Program-made: the position numbers and the translations under genes | The notes under the pieces: model-generated | The model's input: the letters and a program-made list of their open reading frames with translations, nothing else | Database searches by the model: none | Told to the model about the DNA's origin: nothing | Shown: one piece after another, positions 7,851 through 16,775 of the stretch | Layout of the letters: each line of letters begins with the position of its first letter | Position numbering within the stretch: the first letter of the stretch is position 1 | Origin: an uncultured Alphaproteobacteria bacterium | GTDB taxonomy: Bacteria > Pseudomonadota > Alphaproteobacteria > RF32 > CAG-239 | Direction: 5' to 3' | DNA: 64,000 nucleotides | Assembly (NCBI GenBank): GCA_944393225.1 | Contig: CALXZK010000009.1 | Span: 2,104-66,103 of the forward strand

Positions 7851-7876
7851 GCCTTGAAATAACTAGATTTCAAGGC
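7851..7876. terminator. hairpin between the array end and the cas2 stop
   Basis: GCCTTGAAAT-AACTAG-ATTTCAAGGC, a perfect 10-bp stem. Flanking T-tracts are weak, so terminator function is uncertain. Confidence 0.4.
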
Positions 7877-7910
7877 CTTGCTTTAATAAAAAAATGTTGT
7901 TTGTTTATTC

Positions 7911-8273
7911 CTAAAACAGCAATAGCTGTCCATTTTTTTCGCGAATCTCTTCTTCATTATCTTCAAAATTCTTACCTAAATAGTTCTCGGTCATTAGATA
8001 TTGTTTATCGGTAATATAAATAAACGATACCGAAGAATTATCGGGTATGAATTTGGATAACTTTTTAGTTAAGGTTTGTCCTACCGACAAACTCTTAACC
8101 GGTTTGATGTAAACGGAAAACTGCTTCATCATAAAACCTTCATCAAGTAGGAGATTGCGAAAGCGGGTGGCTTTGCGCATCTCGGTTCGAGTTCTGACTG
8201 GTATGTCAAACATACAGATTATCCACATCATCGACCAACCGGTTAAGGTTTCAAGCCGTTTTTGTCGAGCCAT
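7911..8273 (-). CDS. cas2: CRISPR-associated endoribonuclease Cas2, 120 aa
   Basis: WSMMWIICMFDIPVRTRTEMRKATRFRNLLLDEGFMMKQFSVY is a type II Cas2 N-terminal pattern. Overlaps the cas9 3' end by 23 nt. Confidence 0.85.
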   Translation of the reverse strand: MARQKRLETLTGWSMMWIICMFDIPVRTRTEMRKATRFRNLLLDEGFMMKQFSVYIKPVKSLSVGQTLTKKLSKFIPDNSSVSFIYITDKQYLMTENYLGKNFEDNEEEIREKNGQLLLF

Positions 8274-11200
8274 TGCTTAATATCTTATGTTTTTTCTTTA
8301 TTTTACCAAACGGGGTTAATTCTACCTTACGGGCATTATGTTTTATAAAATAGCTTAATCCTTTATCAGAAATTGTGTCAACAATCATATATGTTATACT
8401 TTTATCTTGAGGAGTAGTCATTCTAGCATCTGACACATAATCTATGGCTAATTTTCCTTCGCTAAACTTCTTGACTTTTGCTAAGCATCTTGGCTTATCA
8501 GTATAGCTTTGCCATTCATCAGGTGTGTCCAACTCAAGCAAATCCCCTTGCTGAATCGACCAGATGATTTTTCCTCCCTGCTGTTGCCATTGGGGGATAA
8601 AATCTTTTTGATTGATGTCAAAACATCTGATAACTTCCCAACCGATTTTTCCATCTTTTTGATAAAAATCTACTCGGTAGTTATTTCTTCCCTCGTAAGC
8701 TGTACCATTAGCTCCATGCTTGGGTATAAAGACAAGAGATGAATTGTTTTCATAACTCCTAAATTTATCGCCTTGCCATAAATCATCCTCTTGAATGAGA
8801 TAAAAAGCCCTAGTTAAAATGCGGCTTTCGGTTATGGCGATTTCTTTTTTGCCTTCAGACACGGCTTTTTCATTTTCTTCAATTAATTTTTGCTCAGCTG
8901 TATTTGCATAAAGTTCAAAGTCTTTGACTAATTGAGCTTGTTTGGCTTTGTCTTCGGCAATGTGCTCATTCCACTCATCTTTAATTGAATCGGGAATGAG
9001 TAATTTGTTTAAGTCTTTCATCGACTTGACGACTTGTAATATCTTGCGTGAATAAACTGTGATTAAGGATTTGTTGTCATCTGGATTGACACATAAAACC
9101 GTTCTACCGGTTTCTTTATGGAGTTTTCCGGCTTTGCTGTGTTCGGGTTTGTGCGAAACGTTAACCTTACTTAATACTTCAATCACTTGGCGGCGAAACT
9201 CTCCGACTGCCTCAATGCTTGTTAACGGCAGGGGTACACGCTGGTGCGGTAAATCGATTTCATTAGCCATATGCTGGATCAGGGAACGATTCATACAAGC
9301 AACAGTTATGGCATCCATGGCGTGATGACGATGGTCAATTCTGGGCTTTGATATCCATTCTTTGTTCTTAGTTTTATCAAAAAATCTCCATTTGCCATCA
9401 ATATTAGGTTGTTTTACTCCTTCAATAATTTCTCCGGTATCTTGCTCAACCCAATAAGGAGAACAATTTACATATCTTGGAATATCCAATCCCATGAGAT
9501 CATATTCCAAACCTTCCAAATTCCAACAACGACGCATATGAGCGGTTTGAGCTCCTTTAACCGGAAGAATCCGATTATGAATCACTTCTTCACTATCAGG
9601 GCTATCAACAATTGCTCTTAAATATCGTGCCGCCATTTTGGAGACATAACGCGTATCTGTTAAATAGCGTGTAGTTTCATCTGCGTCCCCTTCTTCCTCG
9701 AATTTTTCGCGGGCGTCGGCCTCAAACCTCCAGGCTTTAGCAGGTGTCCTCTCTCGGGCATTCTTCAGAATTTCTCGGATAAGTTCTTCTGTTTTTTGAC
9801 CTTTACCGACAAAGTAATCATAGGCAAAATCATTAACTTTAGCATTATTATCATTGCGGTTTACCAGACAAAGGTTGTTATAGGTATCGGTTCCGCCTTT
9901 GGCTCGCGGGATGATATGCTCAATTTCAAAACCTGAAAAATTACGGGGAATGCTAACCGTTGGGTTGTAGGCATCTTTCCATCCTTGTTCTTTGGCTAGT
10001 TTATATTTCAAAATGTTCTTGCCGTTAATAAACAGCTTGTGCTCTTTTAAATATTGTTTGGCCTCTTCATTAAGTTTTTCATTATTTTTTTGCTTTTGCT
10101 CTTCTTGCTTTTTCTTCTTGGTTGACATACCAACATCTCGACCAAGCTCAATGTTAATGTCATACGGTTTGCCGTAAATGCGGATTATATCATTTACCAC
10201 CAAGCGGAGTTGATTTAAAATCATATGAACTGCTGGATTGGCTATTTTGCCCCATTTAACTTCATTTAATAGTCCTTCTTTTTCTTTTCCTGATATTTGT
10301 TTTAGCAATTCAGTTTTGTATTGTTTTATTAACGGCGGTAAGGGTTGCGTATCTGCTTGCAAAATCTCACCATAATAAGGAAGCTCTTGACAATTACCCT
10401 GATTTTGGCTGGCGACTTCTTCCGATGCCATAAATCGGGCATCATTTTTAGCTAAATCATCGGTTATTTCTCTGTGGGTTATTACTTGTTCTTTTAATTT
10501 TTTCAAAATAATTTTTGAGGCACTTTCTCCTAACATCCCGCGACCTTTGGGCAGTTTGGTCAACAGCTTACCGATTTCTTTGTCATTATCTATTTTTAAA
10601 ATCGACTTAAGATGATTAATCAGTTCATCCTCACTGTATAAACGACCGTTTTTATCATTGGGGTTGACCGGATTAGCTAAAAAGTCAACAAGTTTTGCCA
10701 ATTCTTCATCTGAGAGCTTTTGTATATATTCTATTTCTAAGAATTCGGGACGTGAGTATAAATAAGCCTTGATGTTTTTATCATCAAGTAAAGATATTTT
10801 TTGTTGAGCTGAAAGACCTAATAATTTTTTGATAGCTGATTTTCCGGCATTTTTGCCTTGCAATAAAAGCTCGTTGATAATTTTATCTCTTTCTTCTAAA
10901 GTTAGCTTGCGTTTATTGGTGTCGCTTAATACACGGATATTATTTACTTCTTCATAAATACGTCTTAATTCTGATAAAGGATGTGCTTTCAGCAGTCTGT
11001 CTTCATCTTTGAAATAAATACATTTTCCAGTAGCATAAGGAGCTGGTGGACGCTCATAAAACAAGATATCATAAATTTCTTTTTTCAAACCTTCTTTTTG
11101 CATTTGGGAAAAATATTGAGCCTGTGTATTCCAGATTTGATTAAATTCATCTTTTACCAGATAACGAGGAATCGCATAATCAACAATATGTTGTTTTAAG

Positions 11201-11799
11201 GCGTGTTCTTTTTGACGGATTATTCTTTTGTTTGCGTTTGTTTTTACTCCATTTTTATCTTTTTCGTATCCTTCGCGAATTCGTTTGTAAAAAAACTCAC
11301 CGATTGTTTTAGAATTTGTTTCTTTTAAATGCTCGGACATCATGTCGTAAGCTGATTTTTTAGCTTTGGATTTTTCACCTTCTTCCAAAATTTCTTCTTG
11401 TAACTCTTCCGAGGCAGTTACAAATCCGGCACCGCGGTGCTTGGCTATATGCAGAATGGCTCGTCCTATATAATTAGGGTTAGGCAACCTACCATTTAAT
11501 GCGTCATTGCGAATCTTATAAGGAGATTTTGCGCGTAAATGCTCAGTTCCTTCTGGAGTTTCATTTACCCAAAGGTGGTTTTCAAAAAGTTTTTGCGCTA
11601 ATAATTCTAATCTTTGGCGGGTACGAACCTGATTCTTGCGCATTGTTCGTTTGAGGCGACGTTCTTCAGCTCCTTCCGAGACATTAAAAATACGAACTCC
11701 GACATCGATAATCTTTTGAGGATTGTTATAATCATCTAACTCAATAATTGCGCTACCGATGGAGCCAACCCCTAAGTCTAAACCCAAACGATACTTCAT
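8251..11799 (-). CDS. cas9: Cas9, type II-C-like, about 1182 aa
   Basis: RuvC-I is LGLDLGVGSIGSAII. An Arg-rich bridge helix follows. RuvC-II is DINIELGRD. HNH is FEIEHIIPRAKGGTDTYNNLCLVNRNDNNAK. RuvC-III is IDHRHHAMDAITVA. Start chosen at ATG 11799 (MKYRLGLDLG), which has GGAG 6 nt upstream. The track start 11805 abuts the SD. Confidence 0.95.
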   Translation of the reverse strand: MKYRLGLDLGVGSIGSAIIELDDYNNPQKIIDVGVRIFNVSEGAEERRLKRTMRKNQVRTRQRLELLAQKLFENHLWVNETPEGTEHLRAKSPYKIRNDALNGRLPNPNYIGRAILHIAKHRGAGFVTASEELQEEILEEGEKSKAKKSAYDMMSEHLKETNSKTIGEFFYKRIREGYEKDKNGVKTNANKRIIRQKEHALKQHIVDYAIPRYLVKDEFNQIWNTQAQYFSQMQKEGLKKEIYDILFYERPPAPYATGKCIYFKDEDRLLKAHPLSELRRIYEEVNNIRVLSDTNKRKLTLEERDKIINELLLQGKNAGKSAIKKLLGLSAQQKISLLDDKNIKAYLYSRPEFLEIEYIQKLSDEELAKLVDFLANPVNPNDKNGRLYSEDELINHLKSILKIDNDKEIGKLLTKLPKGRGMLGESASKIILKKLKEQVITHREITDDLAKNDARFMASEEVASQNQGNCQELPYYGEILQADTQPLPPLIKQYKTELLKQISGKEKEGLLNEVKWGKIANPAVHMILNQLRLVVNDIIRIYGKPYDINIELGRDVGMSTKKKKQEEQKQKNNEKLNEEAKQYLKEHKLFINGKNILKYKLAKEQGWKDAYNPTVSIPRNFSGFEIEHIIPRAKGGTDTYNNLCLVNRNDNNAKVNDFAYDYFVGKGQKTEELIREILKNARERTPAKAWRFEADAREKFEEEGDADETTRYLTDTRYVSKMAARYLRAIVDSPDSEEVIHNRILPVKGAQTAHMRRCWNLEGLEYDLMGLDIPRYVNCSPYWVEQDTGEIIEGVKQPNIDGKWRFFDKTKNKEWISKPRIDHRHHAMDAITVACMNRSLIQHMANEIDLPHQRVPLPLTSIEAVGEFRRQVIEVLSKVNVSHKPEHSKAGKLHKETGRTVLCVNPDDNKSLITVYSRKILQVVKSMKDLNKLLIPDSIKDEWNEHIAEDKAKQAQLVKDFELYANTAEQKLIEENEKAVSEGKKEIAITESRILTRAFYLIQEDDLWQGDKFRSYENNSSLVFIPKHGANGTAYEGRNNYRVDFYQKDGKIGWEVIRCFDINQKDFIPQWQQQGGKIIWSIQQGDLLELDTPDEWQSYTDKPRCLAKVKKFSEGKLAIDYVSDARMTTPQDKSITYMIVDTISDKGLSYFIKHNARKVELTPFGKIKKKHKILSNGSTKTA

Positions 11800-11858
11800 A
11801 AACATCTCCTTGTCTTATTGTTGTGCAACCATATATAAAACAACTTATAATATTGTAC

Positions 11859-11888
11859 TTGACTTTTCAATCAAAATATTCTTATATT
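11859..11888 (+). promoter_or_regulatory. sigma70-like promoter for the tracrRNA
   Basis: TTGACT (11859-11864), 17-18 nt spacer, TTATAT/TATATT (11882-11888). Divergent from cas9. Confidence 0.5.
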
Positions 11889-11894
11889 ATAAAT

Positions 11895-11999
11895 AATATA
11901 TGTTTTGATTTTTTCAGAGATTAATTAGACGGTCAATACATATATAATAAGGCTTTATGCCGCAAAATGAGGGGGTGAGTAATTGCCCCCATTATTTTT
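11895..11999 (+). ncRNA. tracrRNA
   Basis: CAGAGATTAATTAGACGGTCAA (11915-11936) is a perfect 22-nt complement of repeat positions 8-29. After a bulge, TATAAT can pair with repeat GTTATA. AAGGCTTTATGCCG is a nexus-like hairpin. GGGGGTGAGTAATTGCCCCC plus ATTATTTTT is a terminator. The 5' end is approximate. Confidence 0.85.
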
Positions 12000-13104
12000 A
12001 TATGTTATCAAAAATCATCGGATATTTGTGAAGGAATTTTTGGAAGAGCTTGGTTGCTTCTTTGTTATCTAAAGTTTTGGGAAGTTTAAGCGTGATGCTA
12101 TCGGTATTAACTTGTTTGCCGGAAGTATCAATAATGCAATATTTATTGTTTACGGCAACAAAAGCTTGTCCATTATAAAATTGTCCGACCTTATCAAAAA
12201 TTATCGGAATGATGTTTTTTCCGGTATTGTCCATATATCCCCAGTGATTATGGCAAGTAATCGGTTTAAGCTCTTCTTGGTTGCTTGCCTCTGTAGAACT
12301 ATTAATACTTTTATCGGGTAGACCTGTAACTCCGTATTTACCATCTTCATCTCTAAATATGACTTTTCCGTTGGGAGTTATATCTTCAACCGACTTATTG
12401 GCAAAATTGATTATTTCCTTGCCTTGATAGTCAATAATCGTTTGCCATGAATAGGCTTTGCCTAAATATTCAAAACTCCTTTTTATGCACCAATATTTAC
12501 CATTAGACCAATAGTCTTCTATATTTTCCAGGTTAAAGTTATATTGGCTTTGTAAGTGTTTTATTCGGTATTCTCTTAAATTTAACAGTTTATTTTTAGC
12601 ATAATCGGCAATATTTGAGTTATCGGTTGTTAAATTTGCCCAATTTTCTACAGGTGCATCGCTTCTGATTATGGCATTGTAGAAGTTATCAAACAGTCTT
12701 TTATTAAATGTTTGCTTAAGGCAAAAATCTTCAAAGCCACGCTGATTTACATATTCTTTCATATCTTCCGGAATAAATGCCGCAAGATTATACATATAAT
12801 TCAATAAGTCGCTTTTTTTATGTTTAAGCAGAACAGAGATATATTCAGGAGAGTGAGGCTTGTTTCTGGGTAAAAGCTTCAAAATTCGTGAAATAGCAGT
12901 TTGGGATAGCAGGTTACTTTTACGTTCTAATTTGTTTTTACCAATAGTTATACGCATAGGTTTTGCAAGGGTAATTTTTACATAATAAAAAAAGGGCAAA
13001 GCAAATTCCAGATAGCAACCGCAATCGCCGTTTGCCTGTTTTTGACGGTAAACTTTTATCCATTTGCGGGTATATAAATCCTTATATAAATGTTTTTCAG
13101 TCAT
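11998..13104 (-). CDS. hypothetical protein with C-terminal WG-containing (KWG-type) repeats, 368 aa
   Basis: HWGYMDNTGKNIIPIIFDKVGQFYNGQAFVAVNNKYCIIDTSGKQV resembles WG beta-repeat units. The N-terminal 270 aa are unrecognised. Confidence 0.5.
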   Translation of the reverse strand: MTEKHLYKDLYTRKWIKVYRQKQANGDCGCYLEFALPFFYYVKITLAKPMRITIGKNKLERKSNLLSQTAISRILKLLPRNKPHSPEYISVLLKHKKSDLLNYMYNLAAFIPEDMKEYVNQRGFEDFCLKQTFNKRLFDNFYNAIIRSDAPVENWANLTTDNSNIADYAKNKLLNLREYRIKHLQSQYNFNLENIEDYWSNGKYWCIKRSFEYLGKAYSWQTIIDYQGKEIINFANKSVEDITPNGKVIFRDEDGKYGVTGLPDKSINSSTEASNQEELKPITCHNHWGYMDNTGKNIIPIIFDKVGQFYNGQAFVAVNNKYCIIDTSGKQVNTDSITLKLPKTLDNKEATKLFQKFLHKYPMIFDNI

Positions 13105-13169
13105 CGGTGCCTCTTAGGTTTATTATTTAATATAACAACACTCCACGACAAAATATGACGTATATAAGT

Positions 13170-13754
13170 TCATATCATTTCAATTATTTTTTTATGAGCT
13201 TCGGTATTATACTCAATATATCGTTGTGTTGTGGCTAGGCTTGAGTGTCCGGCAAGCTGTCTGACGTCATTTATCGTTCCTCCGGCTTGGCTGATCATTT
13301 TTGCTGCTTGGGTGATAAAAGTTCTTCTGCCGCTATGAGATGAGCATCCATCCATGTTTAACCCCTTATACAGTAAATAAAAGAAATTAACGATTGCCTG
13401 AGCAGACATTTTCTTATCTCTCTCGGTCGTTATTATATATGAAGATAGGTTCATACTCTCTCTTTTTAAGTCTGTCAGCGACTTTTTTAAGTCTTTATGC
13501 AGCGGTATAATCCGACCGGAATATTTACCTTTAGAAGCGTTATTTGGTAAATTGATGCTGTCTGATATATACCCTTCGCTATCACATACCATCGACCATG
13601 TGAGTTGGGATATTTCCTTGGCCCTTAAACCGGCTTTGAAGCTCAGTAAAAACATTATTTTGTTTCTGAGCGGATATCTGGTATTTTCCAAATAGGATAA
13701 GACCATTGTTTGTTGTTTCGCGTTTAATATTTTTGCTTGTTTTCCTATACCCAT
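13170..13754 (-). CDS. small tyrosine recombinase, catalytic domain only (FimB/FimE-sized), 194 aa
   Basis: GLRAKEISQL (Arg I), HSGRRTF (H-x-x-R) and LAGHSSLATTQRYI (His and Tyr nucleophile). Start set at ATG 13754 with GGAG 6 nt upstream. The track start is 13784. Confidence 0.8.
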   Translation of the reverse strand: MGIGKQAKILNAKQQTMVLSYLENTRYPLRNKIMFLLSFKAGLRAKEISQLTWSMVCDSEGYISDSINLPNNASKGKYSGRIIPLHKDLKKSLTDLKRESMNLSSYIITTERDKKMSAQAIVNFFYLLYKGLNMDGCSSHSGRRTFITQAAKMISQAGGTINDVRQLAGHSSLATTQRYIEYNTEAHKKIIEMI

Positions 13755-14131
13755 AATGTTCTCCAAGTTATTATAATTACACAATATTTTATATAAATTA
13801 TAATGACTTTATTTTAACTATCAGCGGATTTGTTGTTAAAAGCCTTGAAAAATAAGGACTTATTATAAAATATAAAATTTCTAATAAGTTTTTTAAGAAT
13901 AAAATTTTATGTTCCATTGACATTTATAAATAGTTGTGGTAGCTATATAAATGCATATCAATAAGGTTATTTGTCAACCGGATATGTTTTTATATAAGGA
14001 CAAATCTTATATGAAAAGAGTGGCTTTGAAGAGCAGAAAATCGGTGCAACTGCAGAACACAACGTATTTGTGTTGTAATGATGGGAAACACCGTCCATCC
14101 AAAGCCACTTCATCTTTATGAAAGGTTTTTT

Positions 14132-14707
14132 ATGCAAAAGATTTCTATCCAAACTGCTTATGTTAAAGGCCAAAAGCTTAAAAGTAAATTTCCGGCTGCA
14201 GGAGCTGAGTTCATTCTTAAAAGCATAAAACCTTTGCTTATTGGTGAAAAGCTTGTGGCTGTTTTTAATTCAAAGTTTGATTTAGATATAGCAGATTTTA
14301 ACGAAAGTGATGTTTTATCTCCCAATAATCGAAATATGTATAATTGGGAAAAGGCTTTTATTTTTGAAATTGGTAAAAATCTTTTATCTGTCGACTTTTC
14401 AGCTTATTATTGCTACGAAATAGGACTAAACAGTCATGATGTTTCGTCTTGTGTTGATATACAAAATTTAACAATAAAAGAAATTTCTAAGTATAAAGAT
14501 GCTTATATGAATATATCTTTTTTATATAATGATATATTAGGCTGTAAAATTCAAAATATTTATCCAATATTATCTGAAGACAACTTATATCTGTCTGCGG
14601 TTGTTTTAGATTTGGATAATGGTTATAGTGTAGTCATTAGAAAAGATATAGATAACCCAAGAATGGAGGTTATTCCTTCAAAATTTATTACTGATAAAAA
14701 TATCTGA
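14132..14707 (+). CDS. hypothetical protein, 191 aa
   Basis: ORF only. Start moved to ATG 14132 (MQKISIQ), which has AAAGG upstream. Confidence 0.4.
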   Translation: MQKISIQTAYVKGQKLKSKFPAAGAEFILKSIKPLLIGEKLVAVFNSKFDLDIADFNESDVLSPNNRNMYNWEKAFIFEIGKNLLSVDFSAYYCYEIGLNSHDVSSCVDIQNLTIKEISKYKDAYMNISFLYNDILGCKIQNIYPILSEDNLYLSAVVLDLDNGYSVVIRKDIDNPRMEVIPSKFITDKNI

Positions 14708-14732
14708 ATATGTTTTATTGTAAAATAAAATT

Positions 14733-15239
14733 CTAAAAATAATGACTAACATAAATCTTGATGAGAAAATTTAAAAGTCCGAAGATGGCAAAACAAGCTA
14801 TGATATAAGTATTTGGATTTTTTAAAAGATATGAAGTTAATACCATATTTTTCTTGGAATTTTGAGGCGCAAAACTATAATAAATACCCAACAGCATAAA
14901 AATCATCATTACAGCGGTTAAGCCTGTCTTTGTTATATGAGAAGGTAAAAGATGGACAATGCTTATGAATGCAAAACAAAGCGTTGTTATGATTATTGAA
15001 ATATTTCCTTTTTTTCCTAAATCTCGATTTCTTTTTTGAATGATTGCCAATGAGGAATAAAATATAATTCCGAAAGATATTATTTTCAGAAGAAAATTTT
15101 CTGAATTGAACGCAAAATCACCTAATGTTGAAAGCACTAAAACAGCCAGTAAAAAAACTGTGCCATCTATAGTTCCTTTAAAAGAAAAAAAGAATTGTAC
15201 CAAAAATAAAATAGAATTTTTTAATTTGTTTTTGAGCAT
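14733..15239 (-). CDS. integral membrane protein, 168 aa, 4-5 TM segments
   Basis: Hydrophobic segments run throughout. A QKRNRDLGKKG loop vaguely resembles DUF805. Confidence 0.5.
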   Translation of the reverse strand: MLKNKLKNSILFLVQFFFSFKGTIDGTVFLLAVLVLSTLGDFAFNSENFLLKIISFGIIFYSSLAIIQKRNRDLGKKGNISIIITTLCFAFISIVHLLPSHITKTGLTAVMMIFMLLGIYYSFAPQNSKKNMVLTSYLLKNPNTYIIACFAIFGLLNFLIKIYVSHYF

Positions 15240-15325
15240 TGTATTAATCTCTTATACATCAAAATAGGAATTTAGAATATTAAGTTCCTATTTTGATGTC
15301 AAGATTCTATTGAAAAAATAATAAG

Positions 15326-15595
15326 TTATTTAGACTTGAAAATAGTTTTTAATGGGTCTTTAATATATTTTTTTATAGGTTCTTCTAAATATTGTTGTCC
15401 CATTTTTTTATATGCTTTTTTATATATTTTGGCAGGAGATCCAATATCTATTGCAGCATTAGCCACTTTAAGCGGAGTTCCTAAGTTTTGTGATTTTAAT
15501 TTATTTTCAAAATTTTGTTCTTGGCGTGTGTATGCTCCATCAAAAATATTATCACTCCATTTTTTTAAGTTATTCATACTCATTCCATTTGCCAT
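15326..15595 (-). CDS. hypothetical Lys-rich small protein, 89 aa
   Basis: ORF only. Confidence 0.3.
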   Translation of the reverse strand: MANGMSMNNLKKWSDNIFDGAYTRQEQNFENKLKSQNLGTPLKVANAAIDIGSPAKIYKKAYKKMGQQYLEEPIKKYIKDPLKTIFKSK

Positions 15596-15699
15596 TCTTA
15601 AAAATCCCTGTTCTATTCCTTCTCCAAAACCCTTTATCCCTTCTAAAGCGATATCTCCTGCCTCCGAACGGTTTAAATTCGGAGTGTTATTGTAACAAG

Positions 15700-15729
15700 A
15701 AAATCCGAAGAACTTAATCTTCGGATTTT
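15700..15729 (-). terminator. rho-independent terminator after the DUF3768-like gene
   Basis: AAAATCCGAAGA-ACTTAA-TCTTCGGATTTT, a 12-bp stem. T-rich downstream on the minus strand. Confidence 0.55.
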
Positions 15730-15834
15730 GGGTACACTTAACCTAAGTGATAAATTTCATATAACACAATTAAATATAGATTTCAAGTAGATAAGATGTG
15801 TTATTAACAACTTTTAGGAATTTCTTCCTGTTTT

Positions 15835-16164
15835 TTAATATTCATCAGCAAGCATTATGGTTAACACTCGATTGGTGCATTCCTCATTTGCCGAATTGAT
15901 ACTATAAAACAAATACTCGGTATCATAATAATCAATTTTCCAAAAAATCCGGTTACCCTTAAAGTCAAAAGCCCCAAAATCGTGTTCTCCATAAGGGTCA
16001 TTGCTTTTATTAAAAGAATTAAAATTTTGCACCTGTTTAACAATGTTATTCACGTCGTCAGGCGGTAGTAGGGATAAGCCCTTGGTTATCATTACTTTGC
16101 CGCCTGATAAGTTCGTGCGAAAAGAATCGTTTAATTTTTGTATTTTGAGGTGTTCGTTGTTCAT
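15835..16164 (-). CDS. DUF3768-like protein (plasmid/ICE-associated family), 109 aa
   Basis: NDPYGEHDFGAFDFKGNRIFWKIDYYD matches my recollection of the DUF3768 signature. Confidence 0.55.
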   Translation of the reverse strand: MNNEHLKIQKLNDSFRTNLSGGKVMITKGLSLLPPDDVNNIVKQVQNFNSFNKSNDPYGEHDFGAFDFKGNRIFWKIDYYDTEYLFYSINSANEECTNRVLTIMLADEY

Positions 16165-16272
16165 TGTTTACTCCATAAAAGAAAGGAGCCCGAAGGCTCC
16201 TTAGTTATTTAAATCCATTAAAATTTGCAGCTTGCTGAAATTCCCATGGATCTTCGGCTTCTGCCGCTTTCT

Positions 16273-16758
16273 TCACTTTTTCAGTTCATCAGGAATATAG
16301 CGTTCAAAGGTATCTACAAACATATCATAAGAATAATGGTTTGAATTACGACCATTGCAGTTTTTTTGAAAAGTATATATTTTAAATTCCTTCAAAAACC
16401 ATGATAGTTTATGTGCTGTTAAAGGTTTTCCTTTGCTAATTTCGTTCCATGGGGCATCTTCAAGTAAACACAACTTATTCACTAAATCAGCAGATGAAAT
16501 ATCTTCAAAATTATACTCCTTAAAGATATGTATGATATTTTTAAGTAATAAAGTTTTTATACTTTCATTATCTTTTGAAGCTTTTGCTGTAAGTTCTTTT
16601 GCTGCTTTAAGTGTTCTTTCTTCATCACCAATTATTTGAGCGATTGAAATAATACCTTCCCAAACATCACAATCCCTATCTGATAATCCAGCGTTTATTT
16701 TATATATTTTAGAAATTATCTTACATAGATTATTTTTAATTGCAAGACAAAAAAATTT
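16273..16758 (-). pseudogene. 5'-truncated DUF3631-like gene (C-terminal domain of P4-type primase/helicase-associated proteins)
   Basis: My manual translation shows the frame stays open upstream of the 69-aa track ORF to 16758, with no ATG. It reads ...LSDRDCDVWEGIISIAQIIGDEERTLKAAKEL...DLVNKLCLLEDAPWNEISKGKPLTAHKLSWFLKEFKI...YSYDMFVDTFERYIP. No P-loop N-terminal half is present. Confidence 0.55.
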
Positions 16759-16775
16759 TTATTTAAACTCTTAGC

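Noticed and set aside
6071-8273. Classification of the locus as type II-A or II-B
   Set aside because: No csn2 or cas4 ORF is present anywhere near the locus. The repeat-internal promoters and the array convergent with cas9 fit II-C.
8509-11199. Several 60-90-aa plus-strand ORFs inside cas9
   Set aside because: They are antisense to a well-supported 1182-aa gene, short, Leu/Phe/Ser-rich and lack an RBS.
13769-13812. Inverted repeat GTTATTATAATT / AATTATAATGAC next to the recombinase start, considered as an invertible-segment boundary
   Set aside because: The arms are only ~13 nt apart, so this is a hairpin or operator rather than an invertible segment. The sequence is pure A/T and easily arises by chance in this region.
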